A DNA stretch of 64,000 bases. It comes from Candidatus Thorarchaeota archaeon (GTDB lineage Archaea; Asgardarchaeota; Thorarchaeia; Thorarchaeales; Thorarchaeaceae). Location: the NCBI GenBank assembly GCA_011364985.1, contig RDOC01000002.1, forward strand, positions 32,001-96,000. Direction: 5' to 3'. Below, in pieces: positions 18,457 to 27,851 of the stretch. The notes below the pieces were generated by a model. The model did not search any database and had not been told where the DNA came from. It worked only from the letters and a program-made list of their open reading frames with translations. Within the stretch, counting starts at the first letter, position 1. Each line of letters opens with the position of its first letter. The position numbers and the translations under genes were made by a program.

Positions 18457-20055
18457 ATGACTGCATCTGGAAACTATGACCTTCACAGAGCAATAATTGA
18501 AGCCCTACTGAGGTCAGATAAGGCTCTCAACAGGCAGTCTATCAATCAAATCAAGAACAAGATATGTGCTGAGTTTGGAGTGTCGAGAGTTCCTTCCAAT
18601 GCGGATATACTTCAGACGACAATCCCCGAGGAACTTGAAATTCTGGCACCACTAATGCGCAAACGCCCTGTCCGTACTGCTTCTGGGGTGTCTGTTGTGG
18701 CAGTGATGACAGACCCACAGGCATGCCCTCATGGGAAGTGTGCCTATTGTCCTGGAGGACCTGACTTAGGTGTGCCACAGAGCTATACGGGACACGAGCC
18801 AGCCACAATGAGAGGAATTCAGTACAGGTTTGACCCGTATGAACAGGTAGAGGGGCGACTTGCTCAGCTAGCTGCCATTGGACACAATATCGACAAGACA
18901 GAACTGATTGTAATGGGTGGTGACTGGTGTTCAAAGGCCTTTGACTATCGTGAGAAGTTTGTCAAGGGATGTATCGATGCAATGAATGGAGAGGTCGGCA
19001 GGAGTCTTTCTGATGCTATACACCTCAATGAATACGCATCTGTACGGAATGTTGGCATGACGTTTGAAACAAGACCAGACTGGGTAACAGAACAAACCAT
19101 CAATGAGATGCTGGAGTTCGGTGCAACGAGAGTAGAGGTGGGAGTTCAAAGCCTCTCAAATGAAACCCTAAAGCGAGTTGAAAGGGGCCATGGTGTTGAA
19201 GAAACAATAGCGGCCACCAAGAAGCTAAGAGATAGTGGACTGAAGATATGTTATCATATGATGCCTGGACTGCCAGGAAATACTCCTGAAAGCGATATTG
19301 AAGAATTTGTCACTCTTTTCGCTGATCCTCAATTCAGACCCGACATGTTCAAGATTTATCCTACAATTGTGGTGAAGAATACCAAGCTCTACGAATGGTG
19401 GAGAAAGGGCAAGTACTCACCCTATACAAACAGCCAGATGATTGACCTTGTTGCAAAAGCAGTGAGTCTAATGCCAGAGTACGTCCGAATTCAGAGAATG
19501 CAGCGTGATATTCCACTCCATCAAATCGAGGCCGGTCTCAGCGTGGGAAACTTAAGAGAGCTAGTGCATGAAAAGATGAGAAAGGAAGGGCTTAGAAATC
19601 CAACCATTCGATACCGAGAGATTGGCCATTTCCAAATGAGGACCAAGGCTGAAATCAACTTGGAGAACATTCGGTCGGTCCGCCGTGACTACGATGCTGC
19701 AGGGGGTACAGAGATTTTTCTGTCGTACGAAGAATCAGACTTAGACATCATCTTTGGATTTCTTCGTTTGAGAATTCCTAGTGAAAAAACATTCAGACCA
19801 GAGATATCGCAAAGACCCTGTGCCATTATTCGAGAACTTCGTGTATATGGTCCAATGGTGGAAATTGGGCAAAGAAATCCGGAAGCATGGCAGCATTTAG
19901 GCCTTGGCGAGAAAATGATCGAGTTAGCAGAAATGATTGGTAGAGACGAATACGATTCGAAAAGAATCTTGGTGAACAGTGGAATTGGTGCAAAACCATA
20001 TTATCGCGCGTTGGGGTTTGATGATTTGGGTCCTTTCTTGTCGAAACCTGTCTAG
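18457..20055 (+). CDS. elp3: Elp3 radical SAM/KAT tRNA U34 carboxymethyltransferase
   Basis: RTASGVSVVAVM, CPHGKCAYCPGG, QSYTGHEP, ETRPD, RELRVYG, WQHLGLG. Start taken at ATG 18457. Confidence 0.95.
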   Translation: MTASGNYDLHRAIIEALLRSDKALNRQSINQIKNKICAEFGVSRVPSNADILQTTIPEELEILAPLMRKRPVRTASGVSVVAVMTDPQACPHGKCAYCPGGPDLGVPQSYTGHEPATMRGIQYRFDPYEQVEGRLAQLAAIGHNIDKTELIVMGGDWCSKAFDYREKFVKGCIDAMNGEVGRSLSDAIHLNEYASVRNVGMTFETRPDWVTEQTINEMLEFGATRVEVGVQSLSNETLKRVERGHGVEETIAATKKLRDSGLKICYHMMPGLPGNTPESDIEEFVTLFADPQFRPDMFKIYPTIVVKNTKLYEWWRKGKYSPYTNSQMIDLVAKAVSLMPEYVRIQRMQRDIPLHQIEAGLSVGNLRELVHEKMRKEGLRNPTIRYREIGHFQMRTKAEINLENIRSVRRDYDAAGGTEIFLSYEESDLDIIFGFLRLRIPSEKTFRPEISQRPCAIIRELRVYGPMVEIGQRNPEAWQHLGLGEKMIELAEMIGRDEYDSKRILVNSGIGAKPYYRALGFDDLGPFLSKPV

Positions 20056-20154
20056 ATCTAAAGCCCGTAGTCTAAGCCGTTGCAGAGCTTCAATCTTTTC
20101 CTGCCATTATAAAATTGGTATCAATACGCAGATTTTAGGAAAAAAAAGAAGAAA

Positions 20155-20272
20155 TGGCGCCGAGGATGAGATTCGAACTCATGCGTGACAAAGCACACTG
20201 GTTGGCTTGGTTTGTTTCCGGAGAAACTGATTTTCAAGACCAGCGCCGTAATCCGGGCTTGGCTACCTCGGC
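20155..20272 (-). tRNA. tRNA-Ser(TGA) with an approximately 29-nt intron at 37/38
   Basis: Minus strand GCCGAGGTAGCCAAGCCCGG...CTGGT-CT-TGA-A[intron]A-ACCAG, long variable arm, ATGAG-TTCGAAT-CTCAT, CCTCGGC-GCCA. Confidence 0.9.
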
Positions 20273-20360
20273 TCTTTCTTGCAGACCCTAGAGGACCAAC
20301 GGTTGCAAGCCGTTGGAAATGCCTTTTAAGCTTCGTGTAGTGGTTTCTGAAAGACAGAGG

Positions 20361-20798
20361 ATGACGCCTAGACAGGGTTTCGAGTTTCACGAGCACACCG
20401 CTGACATTACAATAGAATGTTGGGCATCGTCATTAAAGGAGGCTTTTGAACAAGCTGCATTGGCAACTTTTGAAGTAATATTGAACACAGATACTGTGAG
20501 GCCGATAGAATCTGTGAATGTTAGTGTACAGGGGATTGATATTCAGGAACTCCTTGTTGAGTGGATTGGACACTTGATTGCACTGATTGACATTAATACT
20601 CAGTTCTACTCAATGTTCGAGGTATTGGAGCTTGATGAGAAAGATGAAGGCTGTTCTCTCAAAGGAAGAGTTTGGGGGGAGGAGATTGACCTTGATAGAC
20701 ATGAAACACGAACTGAAGTCAAAGCAATGACTTATGCTGATATGAGAATTGATCAGCGGCCAGAGTCCACGACTCTCTGGTTCACCTTAGACCTCTAG
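20361..20798 (+). CDS. Archease
   Basis: FEFHEHTADI, EVKAMTY, C-terminal LDL. Confidence 0.93.
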   Translation: MTPRQGFEFHEHTADITIECWASSLKEAFEQAALATFEVILNTDTVRPIESVNVSVQGIDIQELLVEWIGHLIALIDINTQFYSMFEVLELDEKDEGCSLKGRVWGEEIDLDRHETRTEVKAMTYADMRIDQRPESTTLWFTLDL

Positions 20799-20809
20799 GA
20801 GGGAGCCTC

Positions 20810-21673
20810 TTGACGCTGGAAGTTGCTATCCCTGATACTGCCCTGATAGACTGCTCAGACCTTCGACAAAAGACCGTAAAGCTGGGGCTTCTTGGGCGAG
20901 CCTTTGCGGTGTTTAAGGTTGACAAAATTTGGTTGTATAAGACAGAGAAACTCTCCCAAAGACAGCTACGCGATGTGGAATTGATAATGGGCCTGTTGAG
21001 ATATATGGACACACCTCAGTATCTCCGAAAACGAATCTTTCCCAAGTCACCAATGCTGAAATATGCAGGCATTTTGCCACCTCTCAGAACACAGAGCCAC
21101 CCTCTGGGAGAGGCTTCGAAACCCATCACAGAGGAAGATATTCGGTGGGGAGTTCAGGTACGAGCAGGAAAAATAGACATCGGCCTAGACCAATTGGTTG
21201 ACTTTTCAGAGAGTGTTAGTGAGCGAGAACCGACACAATTTCGAATCGTTAAGACACAGCCTAGGATAAAACTAGAAATCATTGGACATACCGAGATTGG
21301 AAAATACTGGGGTTGGGAAATCAGAAAGACTCCCTCAATATCTGAAGAGCTCGAAAAGATGTCCCAAAAAACGCGAATTGCATTCTCACGAAATGGAGTG
21401 GATTATAATCGGATTGAATCCGAGATCAAATCTACGGTGTCTGGCACAAGAGCAGTAGTGGCCCTTTTTGGTGGTCCTAGGAGAGGGATTTCAAAGCTTG
21501 TTTCAAGGGAACTGTCATCACTGAAACAGCATGTTGATTTTTGGGTTAATACAATACCAGACCAAGGAACTGAAACTGTCAGACTTGAAGAGGCTCTGTT
21601 AATCAGTCTAGGTATATTGAATAACTCGGTTGGAGCTCTACTGTCAGAGCCCGGTTATTACGAAAGCATATAG
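20810..21673 (+). CDS. SPOUT-family RNA methyltransferase (DUF171)
   Basis: VAIPD, KTVKLGLLGRAFAVFKV, YMDTPQYLRK, GILPPLRT..H, NTIPDQGTETVRLEEA. Confidence 0.9.
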   Translation: MTLEVAIPDTALIDCSDLRQKTVKLGLLGRAFAVFKVDKIWLYKTEKLSQRQLRDVELIMGLLRYMDTPQYLRKRIFPKSPMLKYAGILPPLRTQSHPLGEASKPITEEDIRWGVQVRAGKIDIGLDQLVDFSESVSEREPTQFRIVKTQPRIKLEIIGHTEIGKYWGWEIRKTPSISEELEKMSQKTRIAFSRNGVDYNRIESEIKSTVSGTRAVVALFGGPRRGISKLVSRELSSLKQHVDFWVNTIPDQGTETVRLEEALLISLGILNNSVGALLSEPGYYESI

Positions 21674-21754
21674 TCAAACCTTGTATTCACCATGGGTTTT
21701 ATAGTGTAATAATAGCAAGCGAAATCGTAATGATGGACCTATGCCCAGTATTCG

Positions 21755-24133
21755 GTGAATCGTATTATGATGTCAAAGAGAGTGAAACACCTCAGAAGGG
21801 ATAGTATTGAAACTGTGCCCTATATTTCAACTGAGCGAGCAGAATTGCTTACCGACTTTTATAAGAGCGGAAAAGCAGATACACTCTCCACTCCTGTGGC
21901 TCGAGCCTCGGCTTTCCGTCATATTCTGCTCAATAAGGAAGTCTACATTGGTGACAATGAGCTCATTGTAGGAGAACGCGGGCCAAGTCCACGAGCTACT
22001 CCAACATATCCAGAATTGTGTTGCCACAGCATTGCCGATTTAGAAACTTGCCATAGTAGAGCACGATCAAGGTTCATTGTTAATGAAGATACAAAAGAAA
22101 CCTACCAGGATGAAATAATCCCATTTTGGCGCGGTAGGGCTATGCGCGAACAGGTCTTTGCTTCGGTGTCGGATGATTGGATGAGAGCATTTGAAACAGG
22201 TGTCTTTACAGAGTTTATGGAACAGCGAGCGCCAGGTCATGCCATTCTTGACGACAAGATATACCGGAGAGGGGTACGAGAGATTATACAAGACATTGAT
22301 GAACGTCTGTTGAAGATTGATTTTTACCGAGATCCTGATGCCTATACAAAGGATCAGAATCTGAGAGCAATGCGTATTGCAGCTGAAGCCATCATTGAAT
22401 TTGCACAAAGATATGCAGATAAGGCCATGGAAATGGCAGAAAAAGAACCGAACCCTGAGCGGGAAAAGGAACTGAAGAGAATTGCTGATGTTTGTAATCA
22501 TGTTCCTGCGAATGCTTCGCGCACCTTCTGGGAAGCCTTGCAGTCTTATTGGTTCATTCATCTTGGAGTCATTACGGAACTGAATGTGTGGGATAGTTTC
22601 AATCCTGGTAGACTTGATCAGCATCTATGTTCCTTCTATGAAAAAGAACTTCAGACTGGTGAATTGACACGTGATTTCGCAAAAGAGTTACTTGAATGCT
22701 TCTGGATAAAGGTACATAATCAACCTGCACCACCTAAAGTTGACATTACAGAAGAACAGAGCGGCACATATCAGGACTTCACTCTCATCAATACAGGAGG
22801 GCTGACAGTTGATGGAGAGAATGCTGTCAACGATGTGTCATATCTCCTGCTTGAAGTGTGCGAAGAGATGCAACTAATGATGCCTAGCCTGTGCGTGCAG
22901 GTCAGTGAACAGACTCCTGATGATTTTCTCTTGAGAACAACAGAAGTAGTTGCTACTGGGTTTGGGCAGCCCTCTATTTTCAATACGGATGTGATAATTG
23001 AAGAATTTCTTCGGATGGGTAAATCAATCGAAGATGCCCGTTGTGGAGGACCTAGCGGCTGTGTTACCATTGGAGCCTTCGGGAAGGAGAGCGTGATTCT
23101 TACTGGGTATATGAACTTGCCAAAGATACTCGAACTGACATTAAATAATGGTATTGACCCATTGACAAAGAAGCAAGTTGGAATAGAATCAGGCAATCCA
23201 TTAGACTTTGAATCGTTCGATGAGTTATTTGATGCTTTCAGTCAGCAATTGGAGCATTTTGTTAATCTAAAGATACAGGGTAACAACATCATTGAACGAC
23301 TCTATGCAATGTATATGCCTTCCCCATTCATGTCTATACTCATGGATGATTGTATTAAGAGAGCCAAGGATTATCATGACGGAGGATCCAGATATAATTC
23401 CACGTACATTCAAGGAGTGGGAATAGGTACGATAACCGATTGCCTCTCTGCAATCAAGCACCATGTCTTTGACAAGAAAAGCCTTTCAATAGCTGCTTTG
23501 CTAACTGCTTTGAAAGATGATTTTGAAGGACATGAAACGCTGCAGCAGATGCTGATGAATAGGACCCCAACTTATGGAAATGATGATGACTTTGCAGACA
23601 GTCTTGCTATGGCTGTATTTGATGACTACTTCAACAATCTAGATGGTCGACCAAACACAAAAGGTGGTGAATACCGTATGAATCTTCTCCCCACAACAGT
23701 TCACATTTACTTTGGGCAAGTCACAGGTGCAACACCAAATGGAAGAAGAGCAGGACAACCACTCTCAGACGGAATATCTCCGTCTCATGGTGTCGACATC
23801 AAGGGACCTACTGCAGTCATAAAATCAGCCTCCAAGATTGATCATAGACGTACTGGAGGCACATTATTGAACCAGAAACTGATGCCGGACCTCTTAGCAG
23901 ATAATGAAGGTCGAATGAATCTCGTCTATCTAATTAGAACATACTTCAAGCTTGGTGGTCATCATATTCAGTTCAATGTGGTTGACAGAGAAACTCTTTT
24001 GAATGCTCAGAATCATCCAGAATTATATGGCGACCTCATTGTTAGAGTGGCTGGGTATAGTGATTACTTCGTCAATCTTGGGAAGCCTCTTCAAGATGAG
24101 ATCATTGCTCGAACAGAGCAGAAGTTTCTCTGA
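21755..24133 (+). CDS. Glycyl radical enzyme, HypD (4-hydroxyproline dehydratase)-like, with atypical CVT motif
   Basis: C-terminal IVRVAGYS glycyl loop; FTEFMEQRAPGH, ELNVWD..PGRLDQHL, PAPPKV..S.TY.DF, SGCV, LPTT.HIYFG. Confidence 0.88.
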   Translation: MNRIMMSKRVKHLRRDSIETVPYISTERAELLTDFYKSGKADTLSTPVARASAFRHILLNKEVYIGDNELIVGERGPSPRATPTYPELCCHSIADLETCHSRARSRFIVNEDTKETYQDEIIPFWRGRAMREQVFASVSDDWMRAFETGVFTEFMEQRAPGHAILDDKIYRRGVREIIQDIDERLLKIDFYRDPDAYTKDQNLRAMRIAAEAIIEFAQRYADKAMEMAEKEPNPEREKELKRIADVCNHVPANASRTFWEALQSYWFIHLGVITELNVWDSFNPGRLDQHLCSFYEKELQTGELTRDFAKELLECFWIKVHNQPAPPKVDITEEQSGTYQDFTLINTGGLTVDGENAVNDVSYLLLEVCEEMQLMMPSLCVQVSEQTPDDFLLRTTEVVATGFGQPSIFNTDVIIEEFLRMGKSIEDARCGGPSGCVTIGAFGKESVILTGYMNLPKILELTLNNGIDPLTKKQVGIESGNPLDFESFDELFDAFSQQLEHFVNLKIQGNNIIERLYAMYMPSPFMSILMDDCIKRAKDYHDGGSRYNSTYIQGVGIGTITDCLSAIKHHVFDKKSLSIAALLTALKDDFEGHETLQQMLMNRTPTYGNDDDFADSLAMAVFDDYFNNLDGRPNTKGGEYRMNLLPTTVHIYFGQVTGATPNGRRAGQPLSDGISPSHGVDIKGPTAVIKSASKIDHRRTGGTLLNQKLMPDLLADNEGRMNLVYLIRTYFKLGGHHIQFNVVDRETLLNAQNHPELYGDLIVRVAGYSDYFVNLGKPLQDEIIARTEQKFL

Positions 24134-24373
24134 TTTGAAGCGAGGATCTGGCGTTGACTTAGTCAGGTCGATATGGCTTTCTCTCACAATATGTCTAATG
24201 ATTATCTTAAGATCGATGGACAAACAAACCATTTCAACTCAGAAATAGGATATAGATATTTGTCAAAAGCCTGAGAACAATGAGAATGACCGACACAGGC
24301 CTTCATAAATAGAGGGTCCATTCCACTAGTGATTCTAAGAAAGTTGGTCAGTGGGTAAGTTTTAAAAGATGAC

Positions 24374-24432
24374 TCCCGTTCGAGCCCTGCAGTAGTACGA
24401 ATAGCCCAGTCAGTAGGCCGTTCGGTACGGGA
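24374..24432 (+). promoter_or_regulatory. Long stem-loop upstream of rpl3 (possible r-protein leader)
   Basis: Nested pairings TCCCGT/ACGGGA, TCGAGC/GTTCGG and CCTGC/GTAGG, ending 18 nt before the rpl3 ATG. Confidence 0.4.
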
Positions 24433-24450
24433 AAGATGCGATGTGATTTA

Positions 24451-25458
24451 ATGGCACATAGAAAGAAGCATGCACCAAGACACGGTAGTCTAGCATATTT
24501 GCCGCATGGTCGGGCTTCGAAATTTTTACCCCGCATCAAGAACTGGCCTGAGTATGATGATTCGGCTGCAAAACTACTTGGTTTCGTTGGATACAAGGCT
24601 GGTATGACCCATGCTGTAGTAACCGTTGATAATCCCAATAGCCCATTCAAGGGTCAGGAGACTGTCATCCCTGTTACAGTGATAGACGTTCCACCAATAC
24701 GACCATTTTCAATAAGGGGATATAATGTAACAGTATATGGAAAACAACTTGTGACAGAAGTTTTGGCTGAGAACCTAACAGAAGACCTCCGTAGAGTATT
24801 TCCTATGCCAAAGAGCTATGACTTCGAAGCCAAGTTACAGGAGTTTGAGAACCAACTCGACTCGCTTGCCGAGATTCGGATGCTAATCCACACTCAGCCC
24901 AGACTTGCAGGGGTTCCTAAAAAGAAGCCTGATATTACTGAATACAAGATTGGCGCTCCTAGTGTCACTGATGCCTTTGAATATGCTAAGGAGATCCTTG
25001 GAGCTGATATTCGTGTTGCAGACATCTTGGAAGAAGGGATGCTTATCGACTCAATTGCTGTTACTAAAGGCCATGGCTTTCAAGGACCTGTACGTCGATG
25101 GGGCATACGGATTCTCCAGCATAAATCACGGAAGACCAAGCGAGGTGTGGGATGTATTGGCCCTTGGTCACCAACAAACATCAGGTATACAGTTCCGAGA
25201 CCTGGTCAGACAGGTTTTCATACACGTACCAGTTTCAATAATATCATCGTGAAGCTTGGAGAACGTGGTGAGGAGATTACTCCCTCCGGGGGCTTTGTCA
25301 ACTATGGAGTTATCCGTGGTGATTATGTAATGCTAAAAGGCTCAGTCCCAGGCTCAGTAAAGCGACCAGTCCGATTGCGATTTGCCGTACGTCCGAAAAG
25401 AAAACACGAGGTCAAGCCGATTCAGGTGAGCTATGTTAGTACCACCTCGAAGCAATGA
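24451..25458 (+). CDS. rpl3: 50S ribosomal protein uL3
   Basis: APRHGSLAYLP, GYKAGMTH, TKGHGFQGPVRRWG, GQTGFHTRT, KGSVPG. Confidence 0.97.
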   Translation: MAHRKKHAPRHGSLAYLPHGRASKFLPRIKNWPEYDDSAAKLLGFVGYKAGMTHAVVTVDNPNSPFKGQETVIPVTVIDVPPIRPFSIRGYNVTVYGKQLVTEVLAENLTEDLRRVFPMPKSYDFEAKLQEFENQLDSLAEIRMLIHTQPRLAGVPKKKPDITEYKIGAPSVTDAFEYAKEILGADIRVADILEEGMLIDSIAVTKGHGFQGPVRRWGIRILQHKSRKTKRGVGCIGPWSPTNIRYTVPRPGQTGFHTRTSFNNIIVKLGERGEEITPSGGFVNYGVIRGDYVMLKGSVPGSVKRPVRLRFAVRPKRKHEVKPIQVSYVSTTSKQ

Positions 25459-25475
25459 TAGGGAGATAAGAAATA

Positions 25476-26264
25476 ATGGCAAGTGTATCTACATATTCTC
25501 TAAAAGGAAAAGCTGGCTCAAAGGTCAAGCTTCCGCAGCAGTTCGAAACTCCTTATAGGCCAGATATTATCAAAAGAGCAGTCTTGTCGCTGCAGTCCAA
25601 GAAACGTCAGCCACACGGTGTTGATGAGCTGGCAGGAAAAAGAAATACTGCCCAGAGCTGGCAAACAGGCCATGGAAGGTCTAGAGTACCGCGTGTGAAA
25701 GGCAGTGGAACATTAGCTGCAAATAAGGCGGCTTTTGCTCCTGGTACAGTTGGTGGAAGAGTTGCTCATCCATCCGAAGCAAGAAAAGTGATTATTGAGA
25801 GAATCAATAAGAAGGAGAATCGTCTTGCTATCAGATCAGCCATAGCTGCAACAGCAGACCAAAGAATAATTGGTTACAGAGGCCATAAGGTAGGATCTGT
25901 ACCTGAGATTCCTCTCGTAGTCGACGACAAGATTGAAACTCTTCAGACCACGAAAGAGGTCAGAGATGTTGTGATGTCGCTAGGGTTGGAAGATGACCTC
26001 TTCAGAGCCATTCAAGGTCGTGGCATCAGAGCAGGAAAGGGCAAGATGCGCGGCCGGAGGAAGAAAACTCCAAAGTCATTCTTGATAGTTGTAGGAAAAG
26101 ACCAAGGGATAAGGAAGGCAGCCCGAAATCTGCCAGGTGTGGATGTTGCAGTGGTACACGGGCTTAATGCAGAATTACTTGCTCCTGGAACTCATGCCGG
26201 AAGACTTGTTGTCTGGTCAAAGTCGGCTATCGAGAAATTGGAGCAGGAAGCTCTCTTCATGTGA
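25476..26264 (+). CDS. rpl4: 50S ribosomal protein uL4
   Basis: RPDIIKRAV, SWQTGHGRSRVPRV, RAGKGKMRGRR, LAPGTHAGRL. Confidence 0.97.
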   Translation: MASVSTYSLKGKAGSKVKLPQQFETPYRPDIIKRAVLSLQSKKRQPHGVDELAGKRNTAQSWQTGHGRSRVPRVKGSGTLAANKAAFAPGTVGGRVAHPSEARKVIIERINKKENRLAIRSAIAATADQRIIGYRGHKVGSVPEIPLVVDDKIETLQTTKEVRDVVMSLGLEDDLFRAIQGRGIRAGKGKMRGRRKKTPKSFLIVVGKDQGIRKAARNLPGVDVAVVHGLNAELLAPGTHAGRLVVWSKSAIEKLEQEALFM

Positions 26265-26275
26265 GGTGAGAAGTC

Positions 26276-26536
26276 ATGGATCCAAATGAGATAATCATAA
26301 GACCTGTAATCACAGAAGCCAGCCTCGAATCCGTAGACAGTCACAATCGACTCACCTTCTATGTCAATCGGAGAGCTAACAAGAACACAATTCGGTGGGC
26401 TGTGGAAACCCTCTATGAAGTCGTTGTAGAGAAAGTAAACACGTTGATACTGCCTGATGGAAGAAAGAAGGCATTCGTGCGTCTGGCACCTGAGTATAGT
26501 GCTGCAGAGGTTGCAACCAACCTTGGGATATTCTAA
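26276..26536 (+). CDS. rpl23: 50S ribosomal protein uL23
   Basis: IIRPVITE, KVNTLI, KKAFVRL. Confidence 0.96.
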   Translation: MDPNEIIIRPVITEASLESVDSHNRLTFYVNRRANKNTIRWAVETLYEVVVEKVNTLILPDGRKKAFVRLAPEYSAAEVATNLGIF

Positions 26537-26548
26537 GGAGGCCTCAAA

Positions 26549-27268
26549 ATGGGTAGACGTATACTCGTTCAGCGCAAGGGAAGAGGAACAACTCAATGGA
26601 GAAGCCCCAGTCATAAGAAAATTGCTCCTGCCAGACATCCAAAATGGGCACCGGAGAAGACCTATACTGGAAAAGTGACGAATCTTCTCCATGAAGCTGG
26701 CAGAGGAGCTCCGCTAGCTGAAGTCAGATATGAAAATGAAGCAAGAATCCACTATATGATAGCCCCTGAAGGAATTATGATTGGTCAGGCAGTTGAATGC
26801 GGAGAAGATGCAACCCTTCAAAATGGGAACACTCTCATGCTTCAACATATTCCAGAGGGAACACCTGTCTACAATATTGAAGGAAGTCCCGGAGATGGGG
26901 GAAAGTATGTGAGAGCATCTGGTCTCACAGCCACAATAGTCTCCATAGACCCAACTAAGGCCATGGTCAGGCTTCCCAGCGGTCACCAAAAGTCGTTTAG
27001 CCCAAAATGCCGTGCCACGATTGGAATAGTTGCCGGTGGCGGAAGAACCGAAAAACCGTTCCTTAAAGCAGGTGCTGTTTGGCACCACACTCGTGGAAAG
27101 GCAAGGAAATGGCCTGTTGTCCGAGGAGCTGCAATGAATGCGTGCAGTCATCCTCATGGAGGAGGCTCACATCAGTCCCCCGGACGTCCTACAACTGTTA
27201 GTAGGAATGCGCCTCCAGGTAGAAAAGTTGGCAATATCGCCGCTAGACGAACTGGCAGAAAGAAGTAG
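26549..27268 (+). CDS. rpl2: 50S ribosomal protein uL2
   Basis: MGRRILVQRKGRG, GGGRTEKPFLKAG, WPVVRGAAMN..HPHGGG, PPGRKVG.IAARRTG. Confidence 0.97.
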   Translation: MGRRILVQRKGRGTTQWRSPSHKKIAPARHPKWAPEKTYTGKVTNLLHEAGRGAPLAEVRYENEARIHYMIAPEGIMIGQAVECGEDATLQNGNTLMLQHIPEGTPVYNIEGSPGDGGKYVRASGLTATIVSIDPTKAMVRLPSGHQKSFSPKCRATIGIVAGGGRTEKPFLKAGAVWHHTRGKARKWPVVRGAAMNACSHPHGGGSHQSPGRPTTVSRNAPPGRKVGNIAARRTGRKK

Positions 27269-27470
27269 ATTCGAAGAAAGGATTCCTCTCTTCACTCCTC
27301 TTCTTTGACCAGATATTGTTGGATCAAAAAGCAGTCATTATGAAAAAGTGAAAGATGATAGGCAGAGTGACCTTCCAATAGACCACTCTGTCACCGAAAG
27401 GTAGTTCTGTATTTGTCAGGGACACAGAACAAAAGCGACATTGATGACATCAATGGACCATTGAAGAAGA

Positions 27471-27560
27471 TTAATCTTCATCGTCCAAATCGTCATCTTC
27501 GTCCCAGTCGTCTTCGTCCCAGTCGTCGTCTTCATCCCAATCGTCTTCGTCGAAGCGCAT
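27471..27560 (-). CDS. Acidic Trp-repeat micro-protein (29 aa, MRFDEDDWDEDDDWDEDDWDEDDDLDDED)
   Basis: Open frame with GAGGTG RBS 9 nt before the ATG. Mixed synonymous codons (GAC/GAT) across the repeats suggest selection at protein level. Alternative in-frame start at 27593. Confidence 0.65.
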   Translation of the reverse strand: MRFDEDDWDEDDDWDEDDWDEDDDLDDED

Positions 27561-27851
27561 TGAGCAATACACCTCAAAATCCATATCTAACATGAATAGA
27601 GTAAAGTATACCCCAAAACCAATGAGAGAAAATAAACTCTCTTTTTTTCCAAAATACTGCTATGAGATGATATAGGGGAGCTGAAGGGGTTATCAACATT
27701 GTTTTATATTTCGGAAAGACTAAAGATGTTGATTGACAATTTTGGACACTTATTCCTATGTGAAGTTTCTGTCACCTTGGAAAGGTGTAAAAGCGATATT
27801 GTGAGTAATGAAATACACATGCTTTGATTCGTTTTTGAAGAGGACTAGTGA

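Noticed and set aside
27355-27400. ATGA...stem...CGA hairpin resembling a eukaryote-like SECIS
   Set aside because: No apical AA motif, no lower helix, and no upstream gene with an in-frame TGA.
27478-27552. Short tandem repeats as a possible CRISPR array
   Set aside because: Units are 15-18 nt codon repeats with no unique spacers, and no cas genes are present.
27413-27595. Plus-strand 60-aa Arg/Pro-rich ORF (RPSRLRPSRR)
   Set aside because: Antisense shadow of the acidic DEDDW micro-ORF, which has the RBS and synonymous-codon variation.
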